Shown here: positions 12,729-25,669 of the stretch, piece by piece
Position numbering within the stretch: position 1 is the stretch's first letter
Layout: each line of letters opens with the position of its first letter
DNA from: Lama guanicoe
Taxonomy: Eukaryota
Length of the DNA stretch: 64,000 nt
Assembly (NCBI GenBank): GCA_013239625.1
Contig: MU057340.1
Coordinates: 7,768,931 to 7,832,930 of the forward strand
Direction: 5' to 3'
The notes under the pieces: model-generated
What the model was told of the DNA's origin: nothing
What the model saw: the letters and a program-made list of their open reading frames with translations, nothing else
The model's database searches: none
Position numbers and translations under genes: made by a program

Positions 12729-13121
12729 CATAATTTCTAACCTTTTAAATTTGTTGGGGCTTGTTTTGTGGCCTAGAATGTGATCTATCTTGGAGAAAGT
12801 TCTATGTGCACTTGGAAAGACTGTGTATTCTGCTGGTTTTGGATGTAGTGTCCTGTGGATATCTGTTAAGTCCACCTAGTCTATTGTGTCATCTAAGACT
12901 ATTGTTGCATTATTGATTTTCTGTCTGGATGATCTGCCCATTGATGTCAGTGGGAATGTGCTAAAGTCCCCTCCTGGTATTGTATTGTTGTCAATTTCTC
13001 CCTTTACATCTGTTAGAATTTTCTTTCTATATTTAGATGCTCCTGTACTGGGTGTGTATATGCTGACAAGTGTAACATCTTCTTCTTGTACTGATCCTTT
13101 TATCATTATGTAATGCCCTTC
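12729..13121 (-). pseudogene. L1 ORF2p endonuclease-domain fragment (one in-frame stop)
   Basis: Translates EGHYIMIKGSVQEEDVTLVSIYTPSTGA..GDFSTFPL..RSSRQKIN..D*VDLTDIHRTLHPKPAEYTVFPSAHRTFSKIDHILGHK. Colinear with L1 APE-type EN motifs (NIYAP, GDFN, SKIDH). Confidence 0.93.
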
Positions 13122-14304
13122 GTAAGACCTACCTCTCTAAAACACACAGCCCTGTGGTGAGCATGAACCCTATAGACAAACATGATCCAGAGTTTTGGGA
13201 TAAAGAGGTCAGGGAATCTATGACTAGAGGGGAAATAAGAAGGTCCCATGAAGTGTATCCTGATGGATGGCCTGGGCCTGGCCAGAAATAAAAGATGAGA
13301 TCAAGGCCGAGTTCTAGCCTGGTTTCTCAGGTTCTGCCACCAGGGAGTTAGAGGACTGGTCTGAGTTCAGATAGCATGTATCTGACCAGCTTTTGCACTA
13401 CTTGGGCTACTTGGAGAGAGAGGTGGAGAAAGGAAGGAAGAGCTCGATGTGATGTGATGTCACTGGAAAGAGAGACATACTGAAGTATGAAATACCTGCT
13501 CGCTTCCCTGGTGTGGAGATTGCAGGGCAAGGGTGGCTCCCTGGACTTTGGTTACTGCTGAGAACTGTGCAGGATCCCAGGACACTGGGCCCCTCCCTGC
13601 CCACCATGCTTCACTCCTTTCAGGCCCAGTACCCATTCTCCAGAGGTCAGGCCGAGGCCACAGAGGAAGGATGGGGACCTAGGCTGGATCATCTCGGAGG
13701 AGAGTTGCGACGACTTCATGTGGAGTTAGTACCTCCTTCGCAGACTTGTTCTCACAGCAGGAGGTGCTGTCCTCACCTTGGGCAGGTTCCTCTGCCAAAG
13801 ATGTTTATGGGATTCTTGTTTTGCAGCAAGTTCAGATTCTTATCACTTGAGGTGGGCCCTGGTTCCACAGTCTCACTTGTCCCCTTGTAAAGTAATCCCT
13901 CCCTTTTCCATGAACCTTCAAACATGTCTGTCCCTTCATTGGTCCCAAGACCAGCTTCAGACATGGGCAAACAAGGGATGCAGCCATGCTGGGATCTGGA
14001 ATGTCTTGGAACAGGCTTTGTCCCCTCTATGGCCTCTATCTGTGCATTCATGGCATCCCTTCTCCTCCTGGCAGCCCTGGATTTCTCACCAGATTAACCT
14101 CCCAAGAGAATAGACACAGTTAAAGGCATTATTTCCCGGTGGTCCTACTTACAGTCCATGAAACACCTGCTGATAGTCCATCAGCTGCTTCTCTTATTCT
14201 CAGGCCTTTCTGTGACCAAGCATTTTTACTGTCTTTGATTCTGAGAGTTCAGTCAACATAGGAGGGGAGCACAATGATGCCAAAGAGAGATGGGAAGATT
14301 TCTA

Positions 14305-14455
14305 CCAGACGGTTTTGGTGCAAGTCCCAGCAGAACTGTCCGCTTGCTGTCATCCTGGGCGAGTGCCTTAACCTCCCTGGGACTCGTTTCACTTGGCTGA
14401 CTCACAGGGTCATTTTGAGGATTAAGTGAGATCAGGTATATTAAAACACATTATG
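14305..14455 (+). mobile_element. MIR SINE
   Basis: ctgggcgagtgccttaacctccctggg..cacagggtcattttgaggattaagtgaga. Confidence 0.75.
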
Positions 14456-14935
14456 AAGAGTAAGACATTGACAAGCTCATTAAAAATTAATTGAGCCCAC
14501 ATATTGTTTATAGTGTTTACTCTATGCCAGGCTCTGAGCTAGGCACTGGAGGTATGGACATTTAAGACACAGGGCACACTGAAAGCATTTTCAGGGCACA
14601 GCTTTCATCATCATGATTAATAATAAGCTCACATTTGAAGGCAGCAAGCCCAGCAAGGGTGATGAGGGTGTGGGGCCATATGAGGACCTGGCCGTGGTGG
14701 TCACCCGGACGCCAAGGTGTGGGGACAGCCATTTCTTGTTAATGATCTAGGGAGATCTCCACATGCACCCATGTATCCTAGGGATGGAAATATTCTGGCT
14801 TGGGACGCCTATGTCTGTTTTCTCTCTGGACATCTGCCTCTTGAGATAGTCCTAGATTTTCCATCCGTTCTGCTTAGAACCTCTTCGGGCATCCATTGAA
14901 CTTTGTCTCCTTGGCTCCTGGATACAGGGCAGACT

Positions 14936-15235
14936 CAACACACAGTCCCTTGTCTGAATTCCTTGGTGCTTGATGCATTTCAGAAATCAGCTTTGAATTT
15001 TTACAAAAGCAACACTGTCCATACGTTTGCATATGAAGTAACACCTCAGGAGGATCTGGGCAGTACCCCCAATCAAATGTGGGAGCATTTCTGTAGAAAA
15101 ACATACCACTGTTTTCCACTAATGGGGTCAATAAAGGCTACAGATAATCTCTTGTCACCAAAATAATTATGCTAAAACTTTTGATTTTCAGGGTTTTTGA
15201 GTGTTGGAATTGTGACTAAAGGACTATGGAGCTAT
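14936..15235. mobile_element. MER46C-like TcMar-Tigger MITE
   Basis: acagtcccttgtctgaattccttgg..gtaacacctcaggaggatctgggcagtaccccc..ttttcagggtttttgagtgttggaattgtgactaaaggactatggagct follows recalled MER46C. Confidence 0.75.
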
Positions 15236-15359
15236 AAAAGTTTGGCCATTGGGTTCAGAAATTGGCCACTCATAGCAAATCCCCTTCTTCTCACTGTTAC
15301 TAAAGGTCGACCCAGATCACCATCGTAAGAGCTCTCCTTGCCTTAGATGGCATTGTCAC

Positions 15360-15760
15360 ACCTCATTCACTCCTTCAATCACTTACTTACTTATTCATTC
15401 TTTTTCTCACACCTTCCTTTGTTGACTAATTTATTCCTTCAATTTAATAAAAAGTAAGGTCAGCCACGACTTCATATCAAACCCAGACCTAGAGCCTGAG
15501 GAAAGAAAGGCAAATGAGATGTGTTCCTGCCCTCTGGGGCTCTCAATCAGATGGGACAGACAAACAGGAATCCAACCCTGATGCATTTCAAAACAGAATG
15601 AAATTTAGGGGAGGGGCCCAAGCAAAGGGTCTAGGCAGGACAGACTAAGAAGGCGATTTTGGAAGGCTTTGTGGAGGAGGGCCTTGCCTGGCAACAATCA
15701 GATTCAATAGGCACAGAAGATAGGACCATGGATGGGGCAGATGGTTTCCAGAATGTGCAC
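15360..15760 (-). mobile_element. L2 fragment
   Basis: attcactccttcaatc tail and cctgccctctggggctctcaatcagatggg. Confidence 0.6.
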
Positions 15761-16221
15761 AAACATGGGTTTAAAGTGATGACACACAGGGGAACAAGTT
15801 CAGTAGCTGTGACACCTCTCTGTATGTCTGTGAGAAAGACATTGGTCCAATGATTAGGCTAGTGGGGCCAGCATCTCCACAACAGCTTCTAGAGAAGGCT
15901 TTTAGGAAACATCCTTAACTTTTATTCACAAATAACATTTGTTGGGGCTGAAAGACACCACCAGTAGTTACCTGGTCCTGCCTTAGTTTTAAGCAGGTAT
16001 TTTGCTAACAAAGGCCATCAAGGTAGGAAGTGACCATCTTAACTCCCCAGATCCAAATCAGCCCCAGTGTATGGAAGGCATTCAGGTGACATGGAGCATT
16101 GTTTGGATTCCAGTTCTAGCTCTGCTGCCTTTCAGCTGTTTAATCCATTTGAACTTTAGATAGGTGGTTAATATGCATAGAGATCTGTCAAATAGGATGT
16201 GTTCAAGGATTGTTCCAGATG

Positions 16222-16330
16222 CAAAGCCAAGGAGGACAGAGATTTTCATCTGTTAGCTCACTGCTATTTCTCCAGGACCTACAACTGGTGTATAGGAAGA
16301 GATCAACAGGTATTTGTGGAATGAATGAAG
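16222..16330 (+). mobile_element. L2 3' end
   Basis: ttagctcactgctatttctccagg..tatttgtggaatgaatgaa. Confidence 0.75.
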
Positions 16331-18514
16331 GACTCCTCTTCTCAACTTTCAGTGGCTAATGTACCCCCCTCCTCTTTTTTTTAGTCACTTATACTTAATT
16401 TCTCATGTTCAATTTCATGTGTGTTCTTTGATTTGGGGGTATGAGGTTGACACAACATCCCAAGTCAGGCAGGTGTTACAGGAAAAGATCTGTGACTCAT
16501 TTACTGACCAGGCTCAATTCAAGAGCTGGTTGGACCCAGTAACAATTTGGAAAAGTTCAACTCTATTTGACTGCCTCAAGGAGAGAAAATTATGTAAAGC
16601 AAAAGTTATTATCAAAAGGAAGAGACTGTGAGATTAAAGACTCAAATTCATCTCTTTATCTCAAATACCTGACACAGAGACTGATAGGTATATAGTAAGT
16701 GCCCAATGAATACTGAATGAAAGGCCAAACAAAGAGACAAACTAATGAATGAGTGATTGGGTGAATGCGTTAATTTATCACAGGAAAAAAGGAAACTGTC
16801 ATTGAGTGCCCGCCATGTGTCAAATTCTGTGATGGTTGTTTAAAAATATTCCTTAGTGAAAAGACGTTCTCAACTGGGGAAGCCAATGTTTCCTTCTTTG
16901 TTGATAATTAATGGTTTCCTTGTAACAGACAATTATCAAATTCCCTAAATTTGATATGGGTAAGTTTTCCTTTTTGCTAACGTCTATGAGGGACAGATGG
17001 AAACAAAAGAACTTCAGATGTGACCTAAAAGCCATGCATGTAACTCAGAAAATCTCACTGAAATTGGCTTAGAAGTGAACGTTTTGACTTATTTTTAATG
17101 GAAGACTAGAATCGAGTGCAAAGATTATGGGTTAGCAGGTTTATGCAACGGGGAGGTAAATATATGGCCTTCAAGATGGGGAAGAAGGAAAAGTGTGTCT
17201 CCCTGTCATTCTACTTTTCTAAACGAACCAGTACAATCAGTCCAATAGATTTCTGGAGCTAGAAACACAAAAAGCCACCCTTGACAGAAAGTCCTGAATC
17301 TTTTATTCCTCCAAAGAATCCTTTATTATCTCCATTACCTTTGGTGGATTGATGTTTGATTAAAAAATAATAAATTTTCAGTGCTTTAATAAATATTACA
17401 CATACATAATGGATTCTAAATACATATATTATTTATTAGCCTAATACCTATGTTTCCTCATGAAAGAAACTGTCTCCTACCAAAAACATATTTGGAATGT
17501 GGTTTCATCATCCTCCATGGCACTGATTCTTTCTCTACTGTCAATGGTGATAGCAGAGCGGTACCTCCTAGTATGGGAACCACTGATTGCAAAGAAATGG
17601 TGAAGAGGCAGCCCCCAGCATTCCCATTCATGGAACTCTTTGGCCTGCAGCATCCACCTCTGCCCACACTTCCTGGCTTTGGGGGGTTAGCAAGAACAGT
17701 GTCTCAAACTAATAATCATAATCTTACACTTCTTCCTTTTCCAGTGCTTTGTGGGGCTGTCAGTTCCCAGGCATCCACACAGTTTTGTGACAAAAGAGCA
17801 ATTGCTCTGAGTATCTGGGGACATATAACATGCTAATAAATAAACACACTTTATTTCACATTTATATGGTGTGTTTTTATTGCTGTTGCTGTTTATACCA
17901 ATCACTGGCGTCTATTAAAAATGAGGTTGGGGTTATAATTCTGAAAAGACAGTTCTGAAATTGCACTTTGGTTTCTATACATATGAAAGAGCTGTTTAAA
18001 TGTTAACATCTTTTTATAGGTGAATGTCCTAGTGCCAAGAAGGAACAGAGCTGGCCATGATCTGGGGATCACGGCCAATACATGCAGGCTTGGTGGGGGC
18101 CCCAGCTATTATAATTCAGGGAAGGGATGAAAAGAAGAAAGAGAAGTGCCCTAAAAGAAAAGGAAGAAGTTGGAGGAAGGGGTTTGGAGACCATCTCCGT
18201 TAGAGCAAATCCAGCGTACCTCATTAGGAAGCAGGCTGTGCTTTGAAGACTGTTTGCAAAACCCAGGAACCAGGTCCAGGTTGCTCCTTTCCCAACACAA
18301 GGGCTCGTACAAGGGCTACTTGACTCCTGCCTGCAGATCTAACTCTATCCCAGGACCTGAAAACAAACCTGTTCATCATCAGTGGGATTTGAGGAAACAG
18401 CCAATCAACAGGGGGCTTGTTGTGGCAAGGGCACCAGAAGGCTCCTCTGAATAGCTTCATGTGCCCCCACCAGGTGAAGCCTTGGTTGGTTAGATGGGTG
18501 CTGGCCTTGGGGGC

Positions 18515-18870
18515 CATTCACTTACCCAGTAAATAATTAGTACCCATTATTGTGCCACCCGCTATTCTAGGTCCTGCAGACCCAGTACAACATTCATACA
18601 TCTTCTCCAGAGTTTATGGTATATGCAGCATGAAGTGAGGGATCACACAATGGTTGTGCTAAGTGCGGCAAAGTTGGAAGCCCAGCCAGGCATGGGGTGT
18701 GCAGATCAGGAGGTCGGGGAAGCGTTCCCCAGGGAAGCGGCATTTCATGCCGTATGTCTGTAACAAGTAGCAATTAGCCAGGTGAAGGGTGAGCGGGAAG
18801 ATGCACCAGGGAGCGAAAATGGCAGTTGTGGGAAGATCCAGAAGAGGGAAGCAAAATGAGCAAGGGTGAG
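18515..18870 (-). mobile_element. L2 fragment
   Basis: attgtgccacccgctattctaggt..tcaggaggtcggggaagcgttcccc. Confidence 0.6.
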
Positions 18871-18886
18871 AATAGTGCAAAATTAG

Positions 18887-19370
18887 GTTAGACCCTGGGA
18901 CCCAGCCATTCTTCTCCTAGGACAAGGTACATTGGGCACCAAAAATATGTACTCAAATGTTCTTAACTGCAGTATTGATAATATTCCCAAATTGGAAACT
19001 ACCCAAATGCATTGCCACAGAAGGATGAATAAATGAATGATGGTACATTCACCCTGGAAAACGATTCAGAATGAAAATGAATGAACACAACTATACACAG
19101 CAATATGGTGGAGTCTTACAAACAAAAGACTGAGTGAGAGAAATCAGATACAAGCCTTGTGCTTACAGAAGCTGCAAAAGCTGAGTAGTGGTTCTCCTTT
19201 GGAGGATTAATGACTAGAAGGCTCTTTTGAAGGGGCTTCTAGGGTGCTGGCAATATTTTTCATGATCTGGGCATTGGTTACTTGGGGGTGTTTAGGAAAA
19301 TTCATTAAGCTATACACTTAAAATTTAACACCTTTAACTTATATATGCTATACTTCAATAAAAAGTGCAA
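18887..19370 (+). mobile_element. Old L1 (L1ME/L1MC-like) 3' end
   Basis: gacccagccattcttctcctagg..aattggaaactacccaaatg..ggggcttctagggtgctgg..tatacttcaataaaaag. Confidence 0.85.
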
Positions 19371-20099
19371 AATATGAGACTAGAGAGACAGGCAGGGACC
19401 TCATAGGTCTGGTCCAGGTTTTGAGCCCCATCTTTTGACCTGGGACTTTGGGGCTAGCTATTCTGTTTTTACCTTTGATTACCTGACTGCATGCCTCCAG
19501 CCCCACACTGCAACCTGGTCCCATCCCTGCCCCTTTGTTCTGTATTCTCTCCTGCCCATCTGCCTGCTGTCCAGATCACACGCTCTGACCACCACCCGGC
19601 AGAGTCTCTCAGCATCCACCACTCACTCCACCTCCTTGTCGCCCGTCACTTCCTATCATATAGGGTATTATATCCTTCCCCGCAGTCCAGAGGGCAATGC
19701 CCCTGGGACAGGGAGGGGAAAGCAAAAAGCTTTCCTTTACTTGGCGTAACACCTAAGATGCCACAGATGATCTCTTACTTAAGCTCTTACTCGGAATGTT
19801 TTTAAAGCTTATTACCTGATTTGGGTCAATATTTACCTTCTTGTTAGGTGACAAAACGATGACCCCCTATTGTTTAAGTTACTTTCAGCTGGCTATTCTA
19901 TTACTTGCAGTTGTAGGCATTCTAATGTGCGTGTTGTAGCTCTGTATAGAAATAGCAGTCACTGCCTCTTAGGTCCCATATCTCCTTCTACAAGGGGTAG
20001 TACACAGTCTTCCGAGCACGGAGAGGAGCTGGGATGGGGAGGAGGAGACCTGAGATCTAACACTCTGTTAAGTATAGTGTCAGATGTTTCAATATTAAA

Positions 20100-20117
20100 A
20101 CACACACACACACACAC
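20100..20117. repeat. (CA)n microsatellite
   Basis: acacacacacacacacac. Confidence 0.9.
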
Positions 20118-21150
20118 CCCAAATAAATAAACAAATGGTTGAATCAAGAGATAAGAATTTATTTAGGTGACTGTGGGCAGTTTATCTAAACTCTCAGGGC
20201 TTCAATTTCCCTCAGTGTTAACTTTGAGGGTCACACCAGTTTAGTTCCTCATACATTTCAATTACTTACTTGTTACCGTCTTGATTTTTACCTTATTTTC
20301 ATGCCACCTGAACTGCAGTAAGTGCTTTGTATTTAAATTGATTCACTTCTTAAAACTTAAATTAGTTTCATAAGAAATAGTTACATTGTTACTTTAAATA
20401 AAAACCAGAACCACTTGCAACATAACTAAGACAACTGTAAAAATAGATACAATGTAAACAAAGCCCTATTGTATATTCTGGCTAGATTCTATTGAGGGTG
20501 GAAGGCAAAGGGGAGATTAGCAAGGGCTGGAGACCTCCTTGATATAACTGGAAGGTGTAGAGAGTATTCAAAAGGAACTCATTTTCCCATTGTGCAAGCG
20601 AATGTTATCTCCTGCCTTGACTGCTCATAGCCTGATATCAGCCTTCTAAGCCCCAGAGGAGGTCCTGTACCACACCATGGAAACTGGCCCAGTGATCCTT
20701 TAGAACCTGGTCAGCAAGAGGGAGGGAAGTGGACAAACAGTGAAGAAGACAGTATGTAGAAGTCACCCCCTTTGGCCAAGGGGAAAATGAGAGGCAAACA
20801 CTTTGCTTTGCAAGTGTCAACTGGTCCCTTGTCCCTGTTCTCCTATTTCCTTTTCCCTCATTGTTTCAACAGGAGCAGCAACACAAAGCTGTCCATGTCA
20901 CCAGGATAAAGAGAGAAAGGGGCCAATGGGCTGTGCACCTCACCGTGCTGCCTGCCGACATTGCCTGCCCCCAGCAGCTGTCCTGGCTCTTCCCTCACCC
21001 TCCACGCCCATCCCCACCACGGTGCAGCAAGGGCCCAGAGGTCCTCTCGGTGTCGGGGCAGCTTCCTGCAGCCTCCTGCAGCCTCATCCTGTTCCCAAAT
21101 CAAAACCAGACCCTTCAGGTCTTTATATCTTGCATTTTGGCTAGATGGTG

Positions 21151-21330
21151 NNNNNNNNNNNNNNNNNNNNNNNNNNNNNNNNNNNNNNNNNNNNNNNNNN
21201 NNNNNNNNNNNNNNNNNNNNNNNNNNNNNNNNNNNNNNNNNNNNNNNNNNNNNNNNNNNNNNNNNNNNNNNNNNNNNNNNNNNNNNNNNNNNNNNNNNNN
21301 NNNNNNNNNNNNNNNNNNNNNNNNNNNNNN
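21151..21330. other. Assembly gap (180 N)
   Basis: Run of N. Confidence 0.97.
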
Positions 21331-22255
21331 AGTTATTATTGAAGTTCATCGAATGGAGTCCACCAAAAGACATTATGGCTTTTGACCAGAACTAAAATTT
21401 CCTGTCTCTGATTTCCTGTAATTTCAAAGTTATTTCCCTTCTGTCCTGTAAGTTGCAAACCCAAATCCCCAAAGTGAAAGAGGCCCCATACCCTGGCTTC
21501 TCCCATAGCCCTATAATAAATAATTAATATGTAGCTGTTTTATGGGGTTGCTTCACCCTTGGCAAGGACTGCAAGACATTGCACATTCCATGGACTTCTG
21601 CTGCTGCTCCTTCAGTTCTCAAGGAGGCTAGTGTTGTCAGTCATTTTACATTTTAATTAAGATGTTCAGGAAGAATGAAAAGCCTATAAAAGATTCTGGG
21701 TAGTTTATGACTAATATTGTTGAAACAGGTACTTATTTTTACCTCCAAAGCAGCTGGGGGTGGGGGCATCGATGAGCTTGCATCCTTACCCCGTGATAAC
21801 CCTCTGCTGCCCACACAGCTTTAATTGTCTTCTAGTTACTTCAGTCATCTTCGAAAACCATGTATGCTTTATTCTTGAAAATTTTATTCTTGCTTCTGTC
21901 CCCCTCAAACTTATAGAATGTGAAAGATGGTGTCTGCTTCTTCTCTCTTTGTTTCACGTCATTGTCTAAGTCAGCATTTTTGAGATGTCTTAAGTGGAAG
22001 ACTCATCCTAGGACATTTCAATGTCAAAATACTTTGCAAAGTGACACATACCACATCCTCCTGTTGAAGATTCCCATCAATGCATACTAGTCTTTTAAAG
22101 GTTCTGAAAACCCTGGGGAGTTAAGAAAACTGTTTAACGTTGCGTAATTATATTTTGCCAAACTCATGTTCCCCCCGAGTGATAGCTTTGGCCCAGGGGT
22201 TCAATAGTTATTTCTAGAACTGAATTTAGATGGAGGGTTTGCGTCTAAAGGGAGT

Positions 22256-22723
22256 GCAGTAGTTTTAAACACGGCTTCATGGTCTAGGTCCACTCCCTTT
22301 GAATCTGGGTGGGTTTGTGACAGCTTCAGCCGGTAGAGGCAGCAGAAGAGAGCTCTGAATAGATCGTACATGCCCAAGCAGCTTCCGCCCCATCATGTTT
22401 GGAGTGCTAAGCTACCATGTGAGCTGTCTAACTGTCCTGCGACTACCGTGATGACAAGGCTACATTAGGTGTATTGATCAACAGCTAAACCCCGTTGGTC
22501 AACCATCCCCTGCAAGGGGTCAGCATATGAAAGAAGTCATCTAGGATCCACCAGACCCAGCTGAAAACCATCAAGGGATCCAGTTGATGCCATGTAGAGT
22601 AGAAGGATCACCCAGCTGAGCTCTGATGGAATTCCTAACCTAAAAATGATGAGAAATAATACAGTAGTTGTTGTTTAAACCTGTACGTTTGAGGTTAGTT
22701 TGTTACATAGTGATAGATAACTG
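22256..22723 (+). mobile_element. MaLR solo LTR (MLT1G/H-like)
   Basis: ctccctttgaatctgggtgggtttgtgac..cccagctgag..ttgttgtttaaacc..gtttgttacatagtgatagataac. Confidence 0.8.
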
Positions 22724-24007
22724 GGGCAGGGATGGTTGAACTCCTAGGGTGGAAGTGAAACATGAGTGTCTTCTCTGAGTCATTCTGAAGTTAGAAAGGC
22801 CAGAGCCCATTAGGGAAAGCTTGGAGTCAGGGGATACCCGAGGATCAGCACTTTGGTTAGGTTTGATAAATGCAGTCATTGGTTTAACATCAAGCAAGAG
22901 TGTGATGAGAGCAAGAACAAGTTGGAAACAAGAACATCTTTCAGGTGTCATAGCTTACCTTGTATATGGATGGTGTTTGGATGTGTTAATCTTGGACGGA
23001 GCAGTAACCTTTGCTCATGGACCTAAATCTTCTCATGTAGACATCCAAGAGTCAACCACAGTCTCCTACCACAAAGATTTGCTGCCTCTGTCAGAGACAA
23101 AATCATAGGTTGGACGAAACATGGAGAAGATTCTGGTGTCCTCATGCCTGTAGGGAGAAGAGACATGACAGACAGCAGGAGGAAGTTCATGTCTAGGAGC
23201 ATCAGAATAGTTATGAGTGATCACTGGCCAATCCTCAACTGTTGTGTTTGGAAAGTGGTCTACCACCCTGTCTTCCCATTAAAGCTCAATTGTCAGTGCT
23301 AATGGAAAGAGAACACGATTATAGCAAATTGAGAGAAGATTATAAAAACCAAATTGCTTAATTCATTTCTTTAAGATCCTGCCCTCAGTATACTCAGGAC
23401 TATCCAATGGTATTCTAATTTCCCATTTGTTATCTCATTTTTGCCCTCGACTAGTCTTCTAGTTTTTTCATCAGGATTCTTCCCTCTTTACACCCAAGAA
23501 TATATATCCTTGTATACTATAAGAACATTACACCCAAGAATATATTCATCAGGAACAAACTCCTCCCTTGGCTAGGACCTTCCTGTTAATTGCACTCTCA
23601 GGCTGCTTTCCAAGTGAGCCAGACACAAATCATTTGATGCTAGACTTTGACATGAATTAAAAGATGGGGGATGGAGGGAAAATGTGCCTTTCCTTCACAG
23701 TCCTCACAGGCTTATATTAAAATGCCTGATACTTAAGTGCAAACTCTCTCTTATCAAATTAATCATTAGAACTTGACAATGCTACCTCCTAAGTAGATCA
23801 TTAACCCAATACATCCTCTCAGTCACTACTCAGACAGCCATCATCTATGTCTTATATAACATTTGCCTTCTGACTCACCTTCCTTCTTCCAGTTTCTCCC
23901 CAGTTGTTGCCTGAAGGGTTTTTCTAAGGCATAACTTCGACATATCACTTCCTTGGATAAGACCCTCCTTACTGTGCACAGGATAAAGTCCAAATTCTGT
24001 AGTAGTA

Positions 24008-24441
24008 CCATGCTAGTTGTAGTCCAGTGAGGAAAAGAGCAATTATTCTAAGTTTTCAAATAGATGGGACCTAACAGAAAGAACTAGTTACACAGCTAAT
24101 GGAAGAGCTAGGAAACCAAACAGAGGATGATAAGGCAAGGCAGACATTAGCAAGGAGGAGGTGGGCATTAGAGGTGGGAGCTGAGATCTTGAGAGAGGGG
24201 CTCCAGCTGGAAATTCCCCCACAGAGATAAGGGGCTGATGATAGAGAGACCACCAAGTGCAGAGCAAGAGACAATTACCCTGGCTTGTGTCTTGCTTCTA
24301 TCCTCCAGTTTCTGCCTGTGCCTTTTACTGTTTAAACTTCCCAGGTAGCCAATCGACAAAGGATCTGAATCTGTAGTTTCCTGAAGAGTCGTGGCAGGGT
24401 GGAAATGGAAGTGAAAGCAAAATGGGAAGATGACCAGCACA
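24008..24441 (-). mobile_element. ERVL-class solo LTR (LTR33-like)
   Basis: Similar layout to 44912-45588, ending gcaaaatgggaagatgaccagcaca. Confidence 0.55.
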
Positions 24442-24789
24442 GAGACGTAGAAGACCTCCGAGGTCTAAGCCTACTTACTCCAGCTTCTTGTTTCACCACC
24501 CCCACCCCCGACTTCTCCTCTCCCGCCAGCCGTGCTGACCTACTCAGAGCTCCCCGAATGGATCACTCTTTTTCATTGTAGGTGAACGTTCCTTCTACTT
24601 AAAATGTCCTCCCTTTGATAGACTTAGAGAATTTACATTTATTTTTCAAAACCAACCTTACTAAAGTGTTCTTGGACCTCTCCAAAATCATTGATCACTC
24701 CTTTCTGTGTTCTGCCCCTGGATCCTGTTTCTTTACAATAATAGATAACATTCTTCACTTTGCATTATAAGTGAGGCAAAGACAACTCA

Positions 24790-25290
24790 TACCTTTGTTT
24801 GCCCAACTCTTTTCTCTCTTATAATAAGAAGGCCCCTGTTTTCCTTTTGGGATCCTCCTCTCCTAGTTTACGTGATGCTGGAAAGATGTTCAATCACACG
24901 GATTTATCTCCTTGGTTTTGAATTAGCATATGACCCAGGTTGAGCAATTGGAGTACTTCACCTATGTTGATTAGGCTGTGATGTGCACTTGAGTAAATGA
25001 CCTATGGGGGTTCATTTTAGAGACAGATATGGATACCAGAGGACAGTCACAATCTTTGACTGTCAGTGCAATGCAAGCTAGAGCTCTGGTGGTCATCTGT
25101 GTCACTTCCTCGAAAAAAAGAAAACCTGCCTGAGAATCAAAGGAAAAGAAAGCAAAGCAGGACCAAATAATGAAAAAAGAGATTCTTGACATTGTTTGGG
25201 CACCTGGATTTAAGTGTAGCTGAATGAGATTAACACCTAAGCTTCTCAGGTGCACGAGTCGGCAGATACCTCCCCTCTTTTTAAAAAAAA
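24790..25290 (+). mobile_element. MaLR LTR (MLT1J/K-like)
   Basis: tgacccaggttgagcaatt..ctgcctgagaatc..gcacctggattt..cttctcagg. Confidence 0.6.
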
Positions 25291-25628
25291 CTAAAACATT
25301 TCTCATGTACATTTAAAAAATGATTTACTCTGTTATTGGAATTAAGAATTTGATGTATAGCCATAAGATTTATGCTATAGATTGTGATATTTAGGTCTTT
25401 TGTCCTTAAATGTTTTTGCATATTTGTCCTAGACTGTAAGAAATGTGTTAAAATTGTCTATTATTAATGCATTTTGGTCCATTTGTCCTTATTTCTCCTG
25501 TTGTTTCTGTTTTATTTAAGTTTTTGGTGTCTTATTGCCTACATAGATATAATTATATGTTTATTGTGAATTAAACTTTTAAGCATTATAAAATGCATTT
25601 TCCAAAAAAACACTTTTTGGCTTGCAGT

Positions 25629-25669
25629 TGTGTGTGTGTGTGTGTGTGTGTGCGTGCGCACATATGTGT
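25629..25669. repeat. (TG)n microsatellite / alternating purine-pyrimidine tract
   Basis: (tg)12 followed by cgtgcgcacatatgtgt. Confidence 0.9.

Noticed and set aside
13624-13730. Acceptor-like tcactcctttcag followed by an open frame ending ..WIISEESCDDFMWS*
   Set aside because: Peptide not recognised, and no convincing donor or nearby poly(A) signal.
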